Shown here piece after piece: positions 48,793-58,705 of a DNA stretch of 64,000 nucleotides. This DNA comes from Candidatus Eiseniibacteriota bacterium. GTDB lineage: Bacteria; Arandabacterota; Arandabacteria; Arandabacterales; Arandabacteraceae. The notes under the pieces are model-generated. The model had not been told where the DNA came from, ran no database searches, and saw only the letters and a program-made list of their open reading frames with translations. A program made the position numbers and the translations under genes. Within the stretch, counting starts at the first letter, position 1, and the number at the start of each line of letters is the position of its first letter. The stretch spans positions 1 through 64,000 of the forward strand of contig JBDRNT010000072.1 of the NCBI GenBank assembly GCA_043810925.1, read 5' to 3'.

Positions 48793-49791
48793 CTACTCTT
48801 CCGGAAGATGCCCCAGGGCTCCGGCAATGGTTATGGCGTTATCGTTGCACGCGTCGCGGCACAGACCACACCCGATGCAGTTTTCGTGTACAACGGTGTG
48901 CTTCCCGCCCGGCTCGCCCTCAATAGCCTTGAACTTACACACCTTTACGCATTCACCACAGCCTGTGCAGGCAGTACTTATGAAAGCCTTCGGTCTTGCG
49001 GCGACCCTGTCAACGATGCTGTCGGTCGGACACTTCGCCGCACAGATGCCGCAGTTGATGCATCTTCCGTGGTCTATTACCGCGAGATTGTCCTCAAGCA
49101 CAATGCAGTCAACCGGGCAGTTCTTCACGCATATGCCGCAGCCGATGCATCCCACTTCGCAGATCGCCTTGACACCCTTCCCCTTGTCATGGGAGCTGCA
49201 CGCGATCCTGACCTTCTGCGGTCTCGGGACCAGATAGATGATACCCTTTGGACAGCTTTCCACGCACTTGCCGCAGCCGGTGCACGCGGAGTCATCAACC
49301 ACGGCAAGTCCACCCGCCATTTCAATGGCATCAAACGGACATGCATCCACACAGCTACCGAGACCCATACATCCATAACGGCACTCGCGGATGTTCTCCC
49401 CGAGGAGAGCCAGCGCCTTGCAGGAGCTGACTCCGCTGTACTCGATCCTCGGCTTCACCCGCTCACCGCCCCGGCAACCGACGACGGCGACCTGTGCCGT
49501 CTTCTCCACGGCTTCAAGCCCGAGGATCTCCGCGATTCTGTTGGCGGTCTCAGTACCTCCGGGGGCACAGTCATTCGGATCCACGTTTCCGGCCACGAGC
49601 GCCCTCGCGAAGCCCAGGCAGCCGGCGTATCCGCAGCCTCCACAGTTGGCACCCGGGAGGAGGCCTTCTATCATGTCCACACGTTCATCCCTCTTGACGG
49701 CGAACTTCCGGGCTGCAAGGGCCAACCCGAGCCCGAAGACCGCTCCCATCACAGTGAGGCTGAGAACCGAGTAGACAATCACATTGCTCAA
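48793..49791 (-). CDS. rnfB: Rnf complex polyferredoxin subunit B
   Basis: TM anchor, LPGANCGGCGYAGC, CRYGCMGLGSCVDACPFDAI and further CxxCxxC motifs. Confidence 0.93.
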   Translation of the reverse strand: MSNVIVYSVLSLTVMGAVFGLGLALAARKFAVKRDERVDMIEGLLPGANCGGCGYAGCLGFARALVAGNVDPNDCAPGGTETANRIAEILGLEAVEKTAQVAVVGCRGGERVKPRIEYSGVSSCKALALLGENIRECRYGCMGLGSCVDACPFDAIEMAGGLAVVDDSACTGCGKCVESCPKGIIYLVPRPQKVRIACSSHDKGKGVKAICEVGCIGCGICVKNCPVDCIVLEDNLAVIDHGRCINCGICAAKCPTDSIVDRVAARPKAFISTACTGCGECVKVCKFKAIEGEPGGKHTVVHENCIGCGLCRDACNDNAITIAGALGHLPEE

Positions 49792-49803
49792 GGCGGCCGT
49801 CTC

Positions 49804-50706
49804 CTATTTCACGAGCTTCATCTTCGACTCAACATCGATCGTGGCATATTCGCTGGTGACGTCTTCCTTGCCGGATCTTTCATAGCTGAAGTCTGAAGTG
49901 ATTGTCGCAGTACCCGAGCTTTCAACCGGCAGACCGTCAACGTAGTCAAACCACAACTCACCCTCGCCTTTGCCCTCCGCTTCGACCCAGAACTTCTTGC
50001 CGTCGCTGATCTCACCAGAGCCCTCACCTGAAAGTTGGACCTTGGTCTTGATCTTCACGCAGGGTCTGTCACCCTTGGTACCGAATCCCTCCACGGTGTA
50101 GCTGATGGTCGCCTTCTGCGTGATCTCGCCGCCCCGCCGCTTCACAGGTATCTCGATGAAACGCTGCCAGGTCGACCCGACAGTGACCTCTTCCTTCCCC
50201 AGAGGCTGAAAAAACTCGACCATCATCTGGACTATGTCATCTTTGAGACTCTGGTCTGATATGGTGTAGCCGCGAATGCCGTCGAGGCCCTTCCAGTCAA
50301 GTAGTTGGCCCTCGGGTCCAAGTTTGAGATACAGATTCTCGCCCTTATACTTGGATGCATTCGGGTCGAGCTCGAGTCTTCCGCCCGCCAGCTCCCCCAT
50401 CACGAACTCATCGAACTTAAGCCTCCTGTCGATCGCTCCATCCGGTGCGATGCTATCAACCTTGACCGAATAGATTATGTCATGCAGTGCAGACTGAACA
50501 CGTCCCTCCACATTGTAGATGATGCTCGTACTCGACTTGTACTGGACGTACTCGCCCCCCATATCTTTGTAGGCGAGACTCACCGACTTCGGTGTCGTAT
50601 CGAGACCGCCACCGCACCCCACAACAACCGTCAGCACCGCCAGCAACACCCAGCTCGCAAATCTCACAATGCACCCCCTGTCATTTCTGCTCAGAACCAT
50701 GATCAC
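49804..50706 (-). CDS. hypothetical beta-rich lipoprotein
   Basis: Lipobox-like VVVGC after a hydrophobic stretch; VGSTW motif; ATGA-coupled to rnfA. Confidence 0.7.
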   Translation of the reverse strand: MIMVLSRNDRGCIVRFASWVLLAVLTVVVGCGGGLDTTPKSVSLAYKDMGGEYVQYKSSTSIIYNVEGRVQSALHDIIYSVKVDSIAPDGAIDRRLKFDEFVMGELAGGRLELDPNASKYKGENLYLKLGPEGQLLDWKGLDGIRGYTISDQSLKDDIVQMMVEFFQPLGKEEVTVGSTWQRFIEIPVKRRGGEITQKATISYTVEGFGTKGDRPCVKIKTKVQLSGEGSGEISDGKKFWVEAEGKGEGELWFDYVDGLPVESSGTATITSDFSYERSGKEDVTSEYATIDVESKMKLVK

Positions 50707-51290
50707 TCCACAGCAAGACCCGAGAACCCCAGGAACGCTATCGACATGAGCCCGGCAACTATGAAAGCGACCGGCACTCCCCTCAGGGATTCAGGTACGT
50801 CCGCAAGTTCTATTCTCTCTCTTATCCCGGCCATCAAGACCAGTGCGATCGTAAAACCGATACCCGCCGAGAAGCCGTGCACGACCGTCTCGATAAAGCC
50901 GTATGAGCTCTCGATATTCAAGACGGCGACACCGAGCACGGCACAGTTCGTCGTTATGAGCGGCAGGTAGATGCCGAGTGACCTGTACAAAGAGGGTGAT
51001 GTCCTCTCTATCACCATCTCTACGAACTGCACAAGCGTGGCAATCACCAGGATGAAGGCAATCGTCCTCAGAAACTCTATCCCGTAGGGAGCAAGTACAT
51101 AGTTGTATATCCCGAATGTGACCATCGACGCCATCGTCATAACGAATATGACGGCGAAGCCCATACCAAGCGCGGCGTCAAGCTGCTTCGAGACCCCAAG
51201 AAACGGGCAGAGGCCGAGGAATCTATTCAAGACGAAGTTGTTGATCAGAATCGCGCCTATCGCGATGGCAAACAGTCTTCCCCAGTCCAT
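50703..51290 (-). CDS. rnfA: Rnf complex subunit A
   Basis: NNFVL.RFLGLCPFLGVS, LPLITTNCAVLG. Confidence 0.96.
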   Translation of the reverse strand: MDWGRLFAIAIGAILINNFVLNRFLGLCPFLGVSKQLDAALGMGFAVIFVMTMASMVTFGIYNYVLAPYGIEFLRTIAFILVIATLVQFVEMVIERTSPSLYRSLGIYLPLITTNCAVLGVAVLNIESSYGFIETVVHGFSAGIGFTIALVLMAGIRERIELADVPESLRGVPVAFIVAGLMSIAFLGFSGLAVE

Positions 51291-51294
51291 ATCT

Positions 51295-51894
51295 CTAGCC
51301 TTCCTTGCGCTCCAGGAGATTAAAGAGCCCGATTAGAAGCCCCAGTGTTATGAATGCGCCCGGCGCCAGTACCGCAATGAGCACGGGGTTATAGCGAGTA
51401 CCGAGAAGCACCAGATCCCAGATCTTCCCGGTCCCGATTATCTCACGCAGGGAGGCCGTGATGGCGAGGGCGAACGTGAAACCAAGACCCATCCCGATAC
51501 CGTCGATGAAAGACCTTCCGACTGTGTTTTTGCTGGCAAAGGCTTCAGCCCTGCCGAGGATTATGCAGTTGACCACTATGAGCGGAATGAAAATCCCTAA
51601 GCTCTTATGGAGCTCGGGCGTGTAGCCCGCCATCACGAGATCCACGACGGTGACGAAGCTTGCGATCACCACTATGTAGCACGGGATTCGTATCCTTGCG
51701 GGTATGCCCTTGCGTACAAGCGAGACAATCACGTTGGATCCAACAAGCACGAAGGTGGCTGCGAAGCCCATGCCGATTCCGTTCTTAAGCGATGTGGTCA
51801 CCGCAAGCACGGGACAGAGCCCCAGCACTATTCTGAAAACAGGGTTCTCCCTGACGAACCCCTTTGTGAATTCCCTGGTGAGGCTCACGCTCAC
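51295..51894 (-). CDS. rnfE: Rnf complex subunit E
   Basis: ENPVF..LGLCP.LAVT, PLIVVNCIILGRAEAFA, PGAF. Confidence 0.96.
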   Translation of the reverse strand: MSVSLTREFTKGFVRENPVFRIVLGLCPVLAVTTSLKNGIGMGFAATFVLVGSNVIVSLVRKGIPARIRIPCYIVVIASFVTVVDLVMAGYTPELHKSLGIFIPLIVVNCIILGRAEAFASKNTVGRSFIDGIGMGLGFTFALAITASLREIIGTGKIWDLVLLGTRYNPVLIAVLAPGAFITLGLLIGLFNLLERKEG

Positions 51895-52775
51895 GGCGTC
51901 TCCTCCTTGAATCCCCCGATGGCCTCTTCAAGCGTGGTCATCGCTTCTCTGACCGATTCGGTTACCGCCACCGATGAGATCGTAGCACCCGTTATGGCCT
52001 GTATATACTGATCGGTATCCTCCGCTGTGACCAGCAGGCCGCCCTTGGCCTTGCCGATGAATTGCTTCAGAAACCACGGGGTGACCTGGGCACGGAGCTT
52101 GTCCATCACCCCTTTTGCCACGCCGAAGGCCAGCGGCGGGCTGCAAAAGACCACCGTTGAATCTTCAGGGCTGAGTCCCAGAGCCTTCGGGGCAAGATCG
52201 ACGACCGCCGACGTATCGCCGCCCGCGACAAGACCTTCGATCTCACCGCAAAGCGACCGGTCCTTGAGCGTAACCTCCAGACACCGCGCCGTACCGGTCG
52301 TATCTACCATGTCGACGGCGACCATCGGGGCTTCCCCTTTCCCGGCAAGCTCCTTGATGGCATCGAGCACGGACTTCGTCGTCTTTACTTCCTCTATCTT
52401 CGATCCCAAGCCGGGAGTTTCCTGCTGGTGAGTTATCTTCATGCCCGTGATCCTGCCGGTCGAGTCCACCCCGACCACGGTCTCGATAGTGCTGCTGTAC
52501 CCGCGGCCGGCCGCCTTGGTCACGTAACCCGCAAACTCCGTCGTATCCGCATCCCTGTAGCCCATATAGTAAACAAACGAATCACCGGCGGCCTCAGTGT
52601 AAATGATCCTGACAAACACGCCGCACGCAGCATCCGGCAGCGCCGTCCGTCTGGCGAGCTCGTCTATGACACGCTTCTGCTCCTCAATCTTGGGCGCAGT
52701 GCTCTCATAGACAAAGCCCAGACCCAGCGATGCGATGAAAGTGATCAGTGCAAGCACGAAGGTTAAACGTATCAT
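51891..52775 (-). CDS. rnfG: Rnf complex subunit G with ~100 aa insertion
   Basis: TM anchor, GYSSTI, ETPGLG, WFLKQF, flavinylation motif ITGATISS. Confidence 0.9.
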   Translation of the reverse strand: MIRLTFVLALITFIASLGLGFVYESTAPKIEEQKRVIDELARRTALPDAACGVFVRIIYTEAAGDSFVYYMGYRDADTTEFAGYVTKAAGRGYSSTIETVVGVDSTGRITGMKITHQQETPGLGSKIEEVKTTKSVLDAIKELAGKGEAPMVAVDMVDTTGTARCLEVTLKDRSLCGEIEGLVAGGDTSAVVDLAPKALGLSPEDSTVVFCSPPLAFGVAKGVMDKLRAQVTPWFLKQFIGKAKGGLLVTAEDTDQYIQAITGATISSVAVTESVREAMTTLEEAIGGFKEETP

Positions 52776-53809
52776 CGACTCTGTTTCACCTCTCCGAGTT
52801 TTCTGGGCCGCGTGTATCTGTCTATGAGCGGCACGGTGATGTTCATTATGAGGATCGAGTAAGACACCCCCTCAGGGTAGCCACCCTGTATCCTGATTAT
52901 ACTTGTTATTACACCGCAGCCAACCCCAAAAATCAGTTTGCCTCTTGCGGCTATTGGAGACGTTACCATGTCGGTCGCCATGAAGAACGCACCGAGCATG
53001 AGGCCACCGGACAGCATATGGAAAAGGGGATAGCCTTGAAAGGCGCCCTTGCCTCCGAGCATCCATGTCATCAACGCGACCGTGCCTATGAACGAAAGCG
53101 GTATCCGCCAGCAGATGATGCGGCGTATCAGTAAGTAAGCCGCACCTACCAGGAGAAGCAGTACCGATGTTTCGCCGACACAACCACCGACATTACCGAG
53201 AAAGAGGTTCCTCAGGGACGGGCCCGAATAGAGCTCTCCAAGGTATGCGCTCGCCCGGCTTACGGTCTCCGCACTCGAAGTCGGATCGACGAGGAGACCC
53301 CGCGCGTACTTGAAAACACCAAGCGGTGTGGCAGTCGTTATGGCATTTATGCCTGAAAGCGACCCGCGCGACGGCGCGACCCATGCCGCAGTCATCGAGA
53401 CGGGCCAGGACGCAAGCAGAAGGGCCCTTGCCGCAAGTGCGGGGTTGATGGGGTTGTACCCCAACCCTCCAAACGGGATCTTGGCAATCGCAATGGCAAA
53501 GACGGATCCGACCACCGGCATCCAGTAAGGCACACCCGGGGGGACGTTAAACGAAAGCAGTATGCCGGTTACAAGGGCGCTCCCGTCACCTGCCGTGATC
53601 TTCCGCTTCGTGGCCTTCTGGCAAACGGCCTCGGTGAGAACCGCTGAAACGCACGCAAGCACCATGATAACGAGTGCTCTCATCCCGAAGAAGTAGACCG
53701 CTCCGGCCGCGGCCGGAACCAGGGAGATCACGACGGCGTACATCACACCCTTTATATCGATGCCGTCGCGTACGTGGGGTGAAGGTGTGAGGATAAGTGG
53801 TGCTTTCAT
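52772..53809 (-). CDS. rnfD: Rnf complex subunit D
   Basis: SPH, DGSALVTG, FGGLGYN, TTATPL, GETS, FFMATD. Confidence 0.96.
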   Translation of the reverse strand: MKAPLILTPSPHVRDGIDIKGVMYAVVISLVPAAAGAVYFFGMRALVIMVLACVSAVLTEAVCQKATKRKITAGDGSALVTGILLSFNVPPGVPYWMPVVGSVFAIAIAKIPFGGLGYNPINPALAARALLLASWPVSMTAAWVAPSRGSLSGINAITTATPLGVFKYARGLLVDPTSSAETVSRASAYLGELYSGPSLRNLFLGNVGGCVGETSVLLLLVGAAYLLIRRIICWRIPLSFIGTVALMTWMLGGKGAFQGYPLFHMLSGGLMLGAFFMATDMVTSPIAARGKLIFGVGCGVITSIIRIQGGYPEGVSYSILIMNITVPLIDRYTRPRKLGEVKQSR

Positions 53810-55128
53810 CCAACCGCCTTCTTCCGCCTGGCCAGGACTTCCGACTTACCGTATTTCATAAGATGAACATGCCTTATTTTCGATGGACACACATATGCGC
53901 ATACACCACATTCCATGCAGTCAAGCACACCGTATTCATCCGCGCGATCTATGTGGCCCTTCTCGACGAATCTGGCAATCTCATTGGGGACGAGCCCCAT
54001 CGGGCAGTGATCGACACAGCGGCCACACCTCAAGCACGGACCCGGCACGTCCAGACGGACCTCGGATTCGCTTAAGAGCAGGATACCCGATGTACCCTTT
54101 ATCACGGGGACTTCGTCGGTCTGCTGGGCGATACCCATCATGGGGCCGCCCATCAGAATCTTCCGGCACTCATCAGTGACACCGCCCGAGACGGAGATCA
54201 CATGGCTGAATGGAGTCCCTATTCTCACATGAAAGTTTCCCGGGTTCTTTGCCGCACCACCTGAGACCGTGAGCACCCTTGCCACCAGCGGGCGACCGAA
54301 CCTGAGTGCCTCATAAAGGGCGAAACTCGTGCCCACGTTCTGTACAAGACACCCCACATCCATGGGGAGACCTCCGCATGGGACCTCCCGGCCGGTCAGT
54401 GCACTTATAAGCTGCTTCTCCGCCCCTTGCGGGTACTTGACCTTGAGCCCGAAAACTTCGATAGCGTCTTCGCCGAGGACTTTCTCCTTAAAGAGCGCTA
54501 TCACATCAGGCTTATTACTCTCTATACCGATGAAGCCGCGGTCGGCCCCGAGTACTCCCATCATCACTCTTAAGCCCGCGATGATCTTCTCGGGATACTC
54601 AAGCATCAGCCGGTGATCGGCCGTGAGATAGGGCTCACACTCCGCGCCGTTTAAGATCACGGTGTCGATATTCTTCCCCTCGGGGGGTGAGAGCTTGACA
54701 TGGGTAGGAAAGGCCGCACCACCGAGCCCCACAAGCCCGGCATCTTTGACCGCTTCCCTGATCTTCTGGGGCGGGGCGTCCAAGAGGTCGGCCCAACCCG
54801 AGAGGTCCACCCACTCGTCACGCCCGTCGTTTTCGAGGACGATTGCGGGCATCTTCCTTCCGAGCGGATGTGAGTACTCCCCGATGTCCTTGACCTTACC
54901 GGAAACCGTTGCATGGGCGGGCACGGATATAAAGCCGTCGGCTTCGGCGATCTTGGCCCCTAGCAGGATCTCGTCACCTTTCTCCACAATGGGCTTGGCG
55001 GGCGCACCTGTATGCTGGGAAAGCGGGATAATCACCTCCTCAGGTGCAGGAATCTCCACAATCCCCTTGCCCGAGGTCGCCGCCTTGCTGTCGTGTGGGT
55101 GAACTCCACCCCTGAACGTTTTGGCCAT
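53806..55128 (-). CDS. rnfC: Rnf complex subunit C
   Basis: FRGGVHP, QHTGAP, GLGGAAFPT, NGAECEPYLTAD, YPQGAEKQL, two CxxCxxC motifs. Confidence 0.96.
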   Translation of the reverse strand: MAKTFRGGVHPHDSKAATSGKGIVEIPAPEEVIIPLSQHTGAPAKPIVEKGDEILLGAKIAEADGFISVPAHATVSGKVKDIGEYSHPLGRKMPAIVLENDGRDEWVDLSGWADLLDAPPQKIREAVKDAGLVGLGGAAFPTHVKLSPPEGKNIDTVILNGAECEPYLTADHRLMLEYPEKIIAGLRVMMGVLGADRGFIGIESNKPDVIALFKEKVLGEDAIEVFGLKVKYPQGAEKQLISALTGREVPCGGLPMDVGCLVQNVGTSFALYEALRFGRPLVARVLTVSGGAAKNPGNFHVRIGTPFSHVISVSGGVTDECRKILMGGPMMGIAQQTDEVPVIKGTSGILLLSESEVRLDVPGPCLRCGRCVDHCPMGLVPNEIARFVEKGHIDRADEYGVLDCMECGVCAYVCPSKIRHVHLMKYGKSEVLARRKKAVG

Positions 55129-55145
55129 TAAAGAAGCCCCCCGCT

Positions 55146-55871
55146 TCAGGAGAGCCCGACTCCCAGTTTTCCTCTATAGGTGCAACGTCCCACGTGTTTT
55201 CCCGCCCGGTCGAGCAGGTGAGAGACAAAACTTTCGTCGTAGGGTAGAGCTCGTCTGAGCAAATTGTCAAGCGAATTCTCGGGGACAAACCGCTGGAGAA
55301 CGTACGATGCGGCGCCCTGGATCGTCTCTGCTATGAGCTCCACCTCTTCCTCGCCAACGAGCCCGGGAACAAGTGTTGTCCTGAATTCGGAGCGATCCTT
55401 TAGCGAGCGGACCAGGTCGATGGAACGCCTGAGAGCTCCAAGATCGACCTCAACACCGGCAGCTGCCTCGTAGCGCCCATCAAGAGGTGCTTTGACATCC
55501 ATCGCCACATAGTCGACGAGGTCTTCCTTAAGAAGCGCCTCGATCACGGCCGGCCTTGTCCCGTTGGTATCAAGTTTGACTTTGAAGCCTCGGTGCTTTA
55601 TCTCACCAGCCAGTTCGTCAAGATCGCAGCGAAGGGTCGGCTCACCACCGGTAATCACGACGCCGTCGATCCAGTTGGAGTTCCGCATGAGGAAGTCCGC
55701 CACCGGATCGAACCCGACGGTAAGGAGATCGCCGGGTCTCACCACGAGATCCCCGTTCTGGCAGAACGGGCACCTGAAATTACAGCCCGGAAGAAAGATC
55801 ACCGAGGATAGACAGCCGTCCCAGTCACACAGCGAGGTCTCAACAAATCCCTTTATCTCGAATGTCTTCAT
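55146..55871 (-). CDS. nrdG: anaerobic RNR activating radical SAM enzyme
   Basis: GCNFRCPFCQN, ITGGEPTL, KLDTNG, AMDVKA, EFRTT; in nrdD operon. Confidence 0.9.
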   Translation of the reverse strand: MKTFEIKGFVETSLCDWDGCLSSVIFLPGCNFRCPFCQNGDLVVRPGDLLTVGFDPVADFLMRNSNWIDGVVITGGEPTLRCDLDELAGEIKHRGFKVKLDTNGTRPAVIEALLKEDLVDYVAMDVKAPLDGRYEAAAGVEVDLGALRRSIDLVRSLKDRSEFRTTLVPGLVGEEEVELIAETIQGAASYVLQRFVPENSLDNLLRRALPYDESFVSHLLDRAGKHVGRCTYRGKLGVGLS

Positions 55872-56151
55872 CTGTGGACTCTTTGACAAAGTACGGCTTG
55901 AACTCCCGTGACATGGGCACCTTCTTGACCCATCTCGCCACCTCGTCTTCCCCATCCTCGAGGATCACCGTGGGAATATCGTACACATCACGGTATGCAC
56001 CCTCCGCCAGGCCGTCGGGTGTCTCCATATCGACGAAGTCAATCAAGGTAACCTCGGCCCTGCCCCACCTTTCGGAGAAATGCACTATCTTCTCCATCGC
56101 TGCCTTGCAGGCGTCACACTCTTTGTTTCCGAATATGCTGACTTTGATCAT
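55840..56151 (-). CDS. thioredoxin/glutaredoxin-fold protein
   Basis: MIKVSIFGNKECDAC (CxxC), IPTVIL cis-Pro motif; ATGA-coupled to nrdD. Confidence 0.8.
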   Translation of the reverse strand: MIKVSIFGNKECDACKAAMEKIVHFSERWGRAEVTLIDFVDMETPDGLAEGAYRDVYDIPTVILEDGEDEVARWVKKVPMSREFKPYFVKESTDEDIRDKGIC

Positions 56152-58691
56152 ACGCTGCTTCTGAACCTGTCTGCGAGCTCTGCCCGCTTGCCGTCGTTCC
56201 AACCAGAGATCTTTGAGAAATACCCCGTTACACGTGTGATACCGTCGACATCCATTGAACCGCAGAACGGGCACGTCTGACTCAAACCCCTGGCCACCTT
56301 GTCACAGGCGTTACACGAGGTGAACTCCGGGGAGAACGCTATCTGCGCGTTGCGTGTGTGTTTAAAAGTCTTCACGACGAAATTGGCGATCGATTCACTC
56401 GACGGTCGCGAGTCGGCGATCCAGACATGCGACAGCGCCCCCGCCTCGATCAGATCATGGTACTTGCCTTCCAAGCGGACACGTTCGATGGGGTTAATGG
56501 GCTCCGAAACGTTGAGGAACGTCGAATTCGTGTAGTAGGTTTTGTGCTTGGAGAGATCTCCCTTGACTATCGCCTCGGCCTTCTTACCGTACCTGTCAAG
56601 ATCAAGCCGGGACAGCCGGAACGCCGCGCTCTCAGCCGGCGTCTGCTCGAGCACGAACCTCAGACCGTATTTCCGCGACGCCTCCTTGGCCTTGAGATTG
56701 AGATAGGCCACCACCTTGAGTCCGAACTTGAAAGCACCGTCGGTCTCGTGGATCTGCTCACCGCGGAACGCCTGGACAAGCTCGTTGAGCCCGAGTAGAC
56801 CTATGAGATACGTTGCGCGCTTCATCCTGAGATAAGGCTCACCGTCTTTCTCCATCGTCAAGAGCGCAAGAGGGCCGCTGGCCTTGAGATTCAAGAGTGA
56901 CATGATGAAGTTCTTCTTCTGGATGTGCGCCTTGATAGCGAGATCAAAGAAGTCATCCAGGATTGAGAACAGCTTCTTATCGTCGCCTGCGGCGAGAATG
57001 CCGGCCCTTGGAAGGTTCAGGGTCACATTCTGGAGCGCCGAGTATCTCATCCTCCACGGTTGCTTGGCATCTTCCAGATCACCCTTCTCAAGCTTGAACG
57101 ACAGCCTGCAGCATTCAGATATCCTGGCCGTTTCCCCGCGGTCGAAGACGAAATAGGTGTTCCCCTTCTCCGCCGCGACATCGCTTATATGGTTGAGGAA
57201 GTCGTCGTGCCCCGGTGTCGAGAAGAACTTCTCGGTTATGTGTACCAGCGGTTTTGGGAAGAAGAACGGCCGCCCCGTACCGTCACCCTCCTTGTAGACA
57301 TCAAACAGGGCCCACGCGAACCGCTGGGCCTCCTTCGTGTAATCACTGTAGGTCCTGCCCGTGGCTTTGCCACCCGGGCCGATTGCTTCCACCGTTTCGA
57401 AGTGCTTGGGTACTTCCCAGTATATATTGATATCGCTGAAAATGGCCTGGCCCCCCCGCGCGACACTCTGCTGGGAGTATTCGAACACGAGCATCTGGGC
57501 CATCTGTTTCATTTCCCGCTCGCTTAAGCCCACCAGGAAAGGCGAGAAGAAGATGTTCACGGCATCCCATCCGATTGCACCCGCGAAGTGACCCTGCAGA
57601 GCTGCCGAAAACTTGACCATGTGGGCAAGCAGCGTCTCCGGGTACTTCGCCGGTTTGGCGATCGACAGGGCATTGGGAAGGTTGAGACCGAACTTCTTAA
57701 CGTATTCAAGCGACTGACCGGAACAGTAGGGTCTGTTTATGAATCCGAGATCGTGAAGATGGATGTCGCCTCTCGCGTGGGCATCGGAGACATCCTCGGA
57801 GAACACTCTTAGCAGGCCGTACTGCTTGTTTATCGACTCAGCAAGTGTCATGCTGGTCGCTTCGGGATTATGGGGTATGTTGGCATTCTCCCTGTTACGT
57901 CTTGTTATTATCCTCTCTACGTCATAAAGCGGAACACCGAGCCTCGCGTGTTTCTTGCGCGCATCTTCGAAGCCGTGTTCAATCAGCTTGGCATTGACCA
58001 TCTCTCTTATGAGCGACACCGTGAGCACCCTGACGTTTGAGTGGAGTATGGTCTCTTCGACCTCGTCACTGACCGTCCTTGCAATCGCCTCGGGGACGCC
58101 GGCCTCACGCACCATTGCCTGCACCATCTTCTGCTTGTCCCAATGGGTGATCTCGGCACCTGATGTCCTCACAAACAGGGCCAGCTCAGTCGGATCGATT
58201 CCCGCCGGCCTGTCCTTGGTGGCGGCGTCCACCTCGGGCCTGGTCTTGGGCGCGCCCCTGCGCTTCGATCGTTCATGTCTATAAAGTATGAATGCTTTCG
58301 CCGTCCTGGCGTGGCCGTTTTCTATAAGCACCTTTTCGATTGTGTCTTGAATCTCTTCTACTCCGGGGAGTGTCGAACCTCGATTTGCAAACAGATTGAG
58401 CACGACATCATCGGCGAGTTGCTCGGCGATCTCCCTCTTGGTCCCGCCGACCGACTGGGCGGCCTTAAAGATCGCTATGGTTATGTTCTCCCAGTCGAAC
58501 TTGACAATCTGCCCATCCCGTTTTCTCACCAGATGAAACATCCTCGAAGCCAGCTTGCGATGCAGCCTCTGCACATCATCACTGTTCGCGGTCAGCGTAT
58601 CGATATCGTTCGTTCGGGGGGTGTCAATCTCTTTTTCAGTTGTATGTGTGTCCATTCCATCATCACTTAGAGGTGTTTTGACGGGCTCCAT
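56148..58691 (-). CDS. nrdD: class III ribonucleotide reductase with two ATP-cone-like regions
   Basis: VRKRDG ATP cone, IHLHDL, PYC, ECCRL, EQTPAES, YYTNS, CxxC..CxxC, glycyl radical RVTGY. Confidence 0.95.
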   Translation of the reverse strand: MEPVKTPLSDDGMDTHTTEKEIDTPRTNDIDTLTANSDDVQRLHRKLASRMFHLVRKRDGQIVKFDWENITIAIFKAAQSVGGTKREIAEQLADDVVLNLFANRGSTLPGVEEIQDTIEKVLIENGHARTAKAFILYRHERSKRRGAPKTRPEVDAATKDRPAGIDPTELALFVRTSGAEITHWDKQKMVQAMVREAGVPEAIARTVSDEVEETILHSNVRVLTVSLIREMVNAKLIEHGFEDARKKHARLGVPLYDVERIITRRNRENANIPHNPEATSMTLAESINKQYGLLRVFSEDVSDAHARGDIHLHDLGFINRPYCSGQSLEYVKKFGLNLPNALSIAKPAKYPETLLAHMVKFSAALQGHFAGAIGWDAVNIFFSPFLVGLSEREMKQMAQMLVFEYSQQSVARGGQAIFSDINIYWEVPKHFETVEAIGPGGKATGRTYSDYTKEAQRFAWALFDVYKEGDGTGRPFFFPKPLVHITEKFFSTPGHDDFLNHISDVAAEKGNTYFVFDRGETARISECCRLSFKLEKGDLEDAKQPWRMRYSALQNVTLNLPRAGILAAGDDKKLFSILDDFFDLAIKAHIQKKNFIMSLLNLKASGPLALLTMEKDGEPYLRMKRATYLIGLLGLNELVQAFRGEQIHETDGAFKFGLKVVAYLNLKAKEASRKYGLRFVLEQTPAESAAFRLSRLDLDRYGKKAEAIVKGDLSKHKTYYTNSTFLNVSEPINPIERVRLEGKYHDLIEAGALSHVWIADSRPSSESIANFVVKTFKHTRNAQIAFSPEFTSCNACDKVARGLSQTCPFCGSMDVDGITRVTGYFSKISGWNDGKRAELADRFRSSV

Positions 58692-58705
58692 CGCGAACCT
58701 CCATG

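Noticed and set aside
48637-49896. 419 aa plus-strand ORF (likewise 18537-19523, 21551-22558, 40300-41316)
   Set aside because: Antisense shadows of well-supported minus-strand genes in GC-rich DNA
52080-52385. RnfG insertion as an intein
   Set aside because: No N-terminal Cys/Ser block and no terminal His-Asn followed by Cys/Ser/Thr
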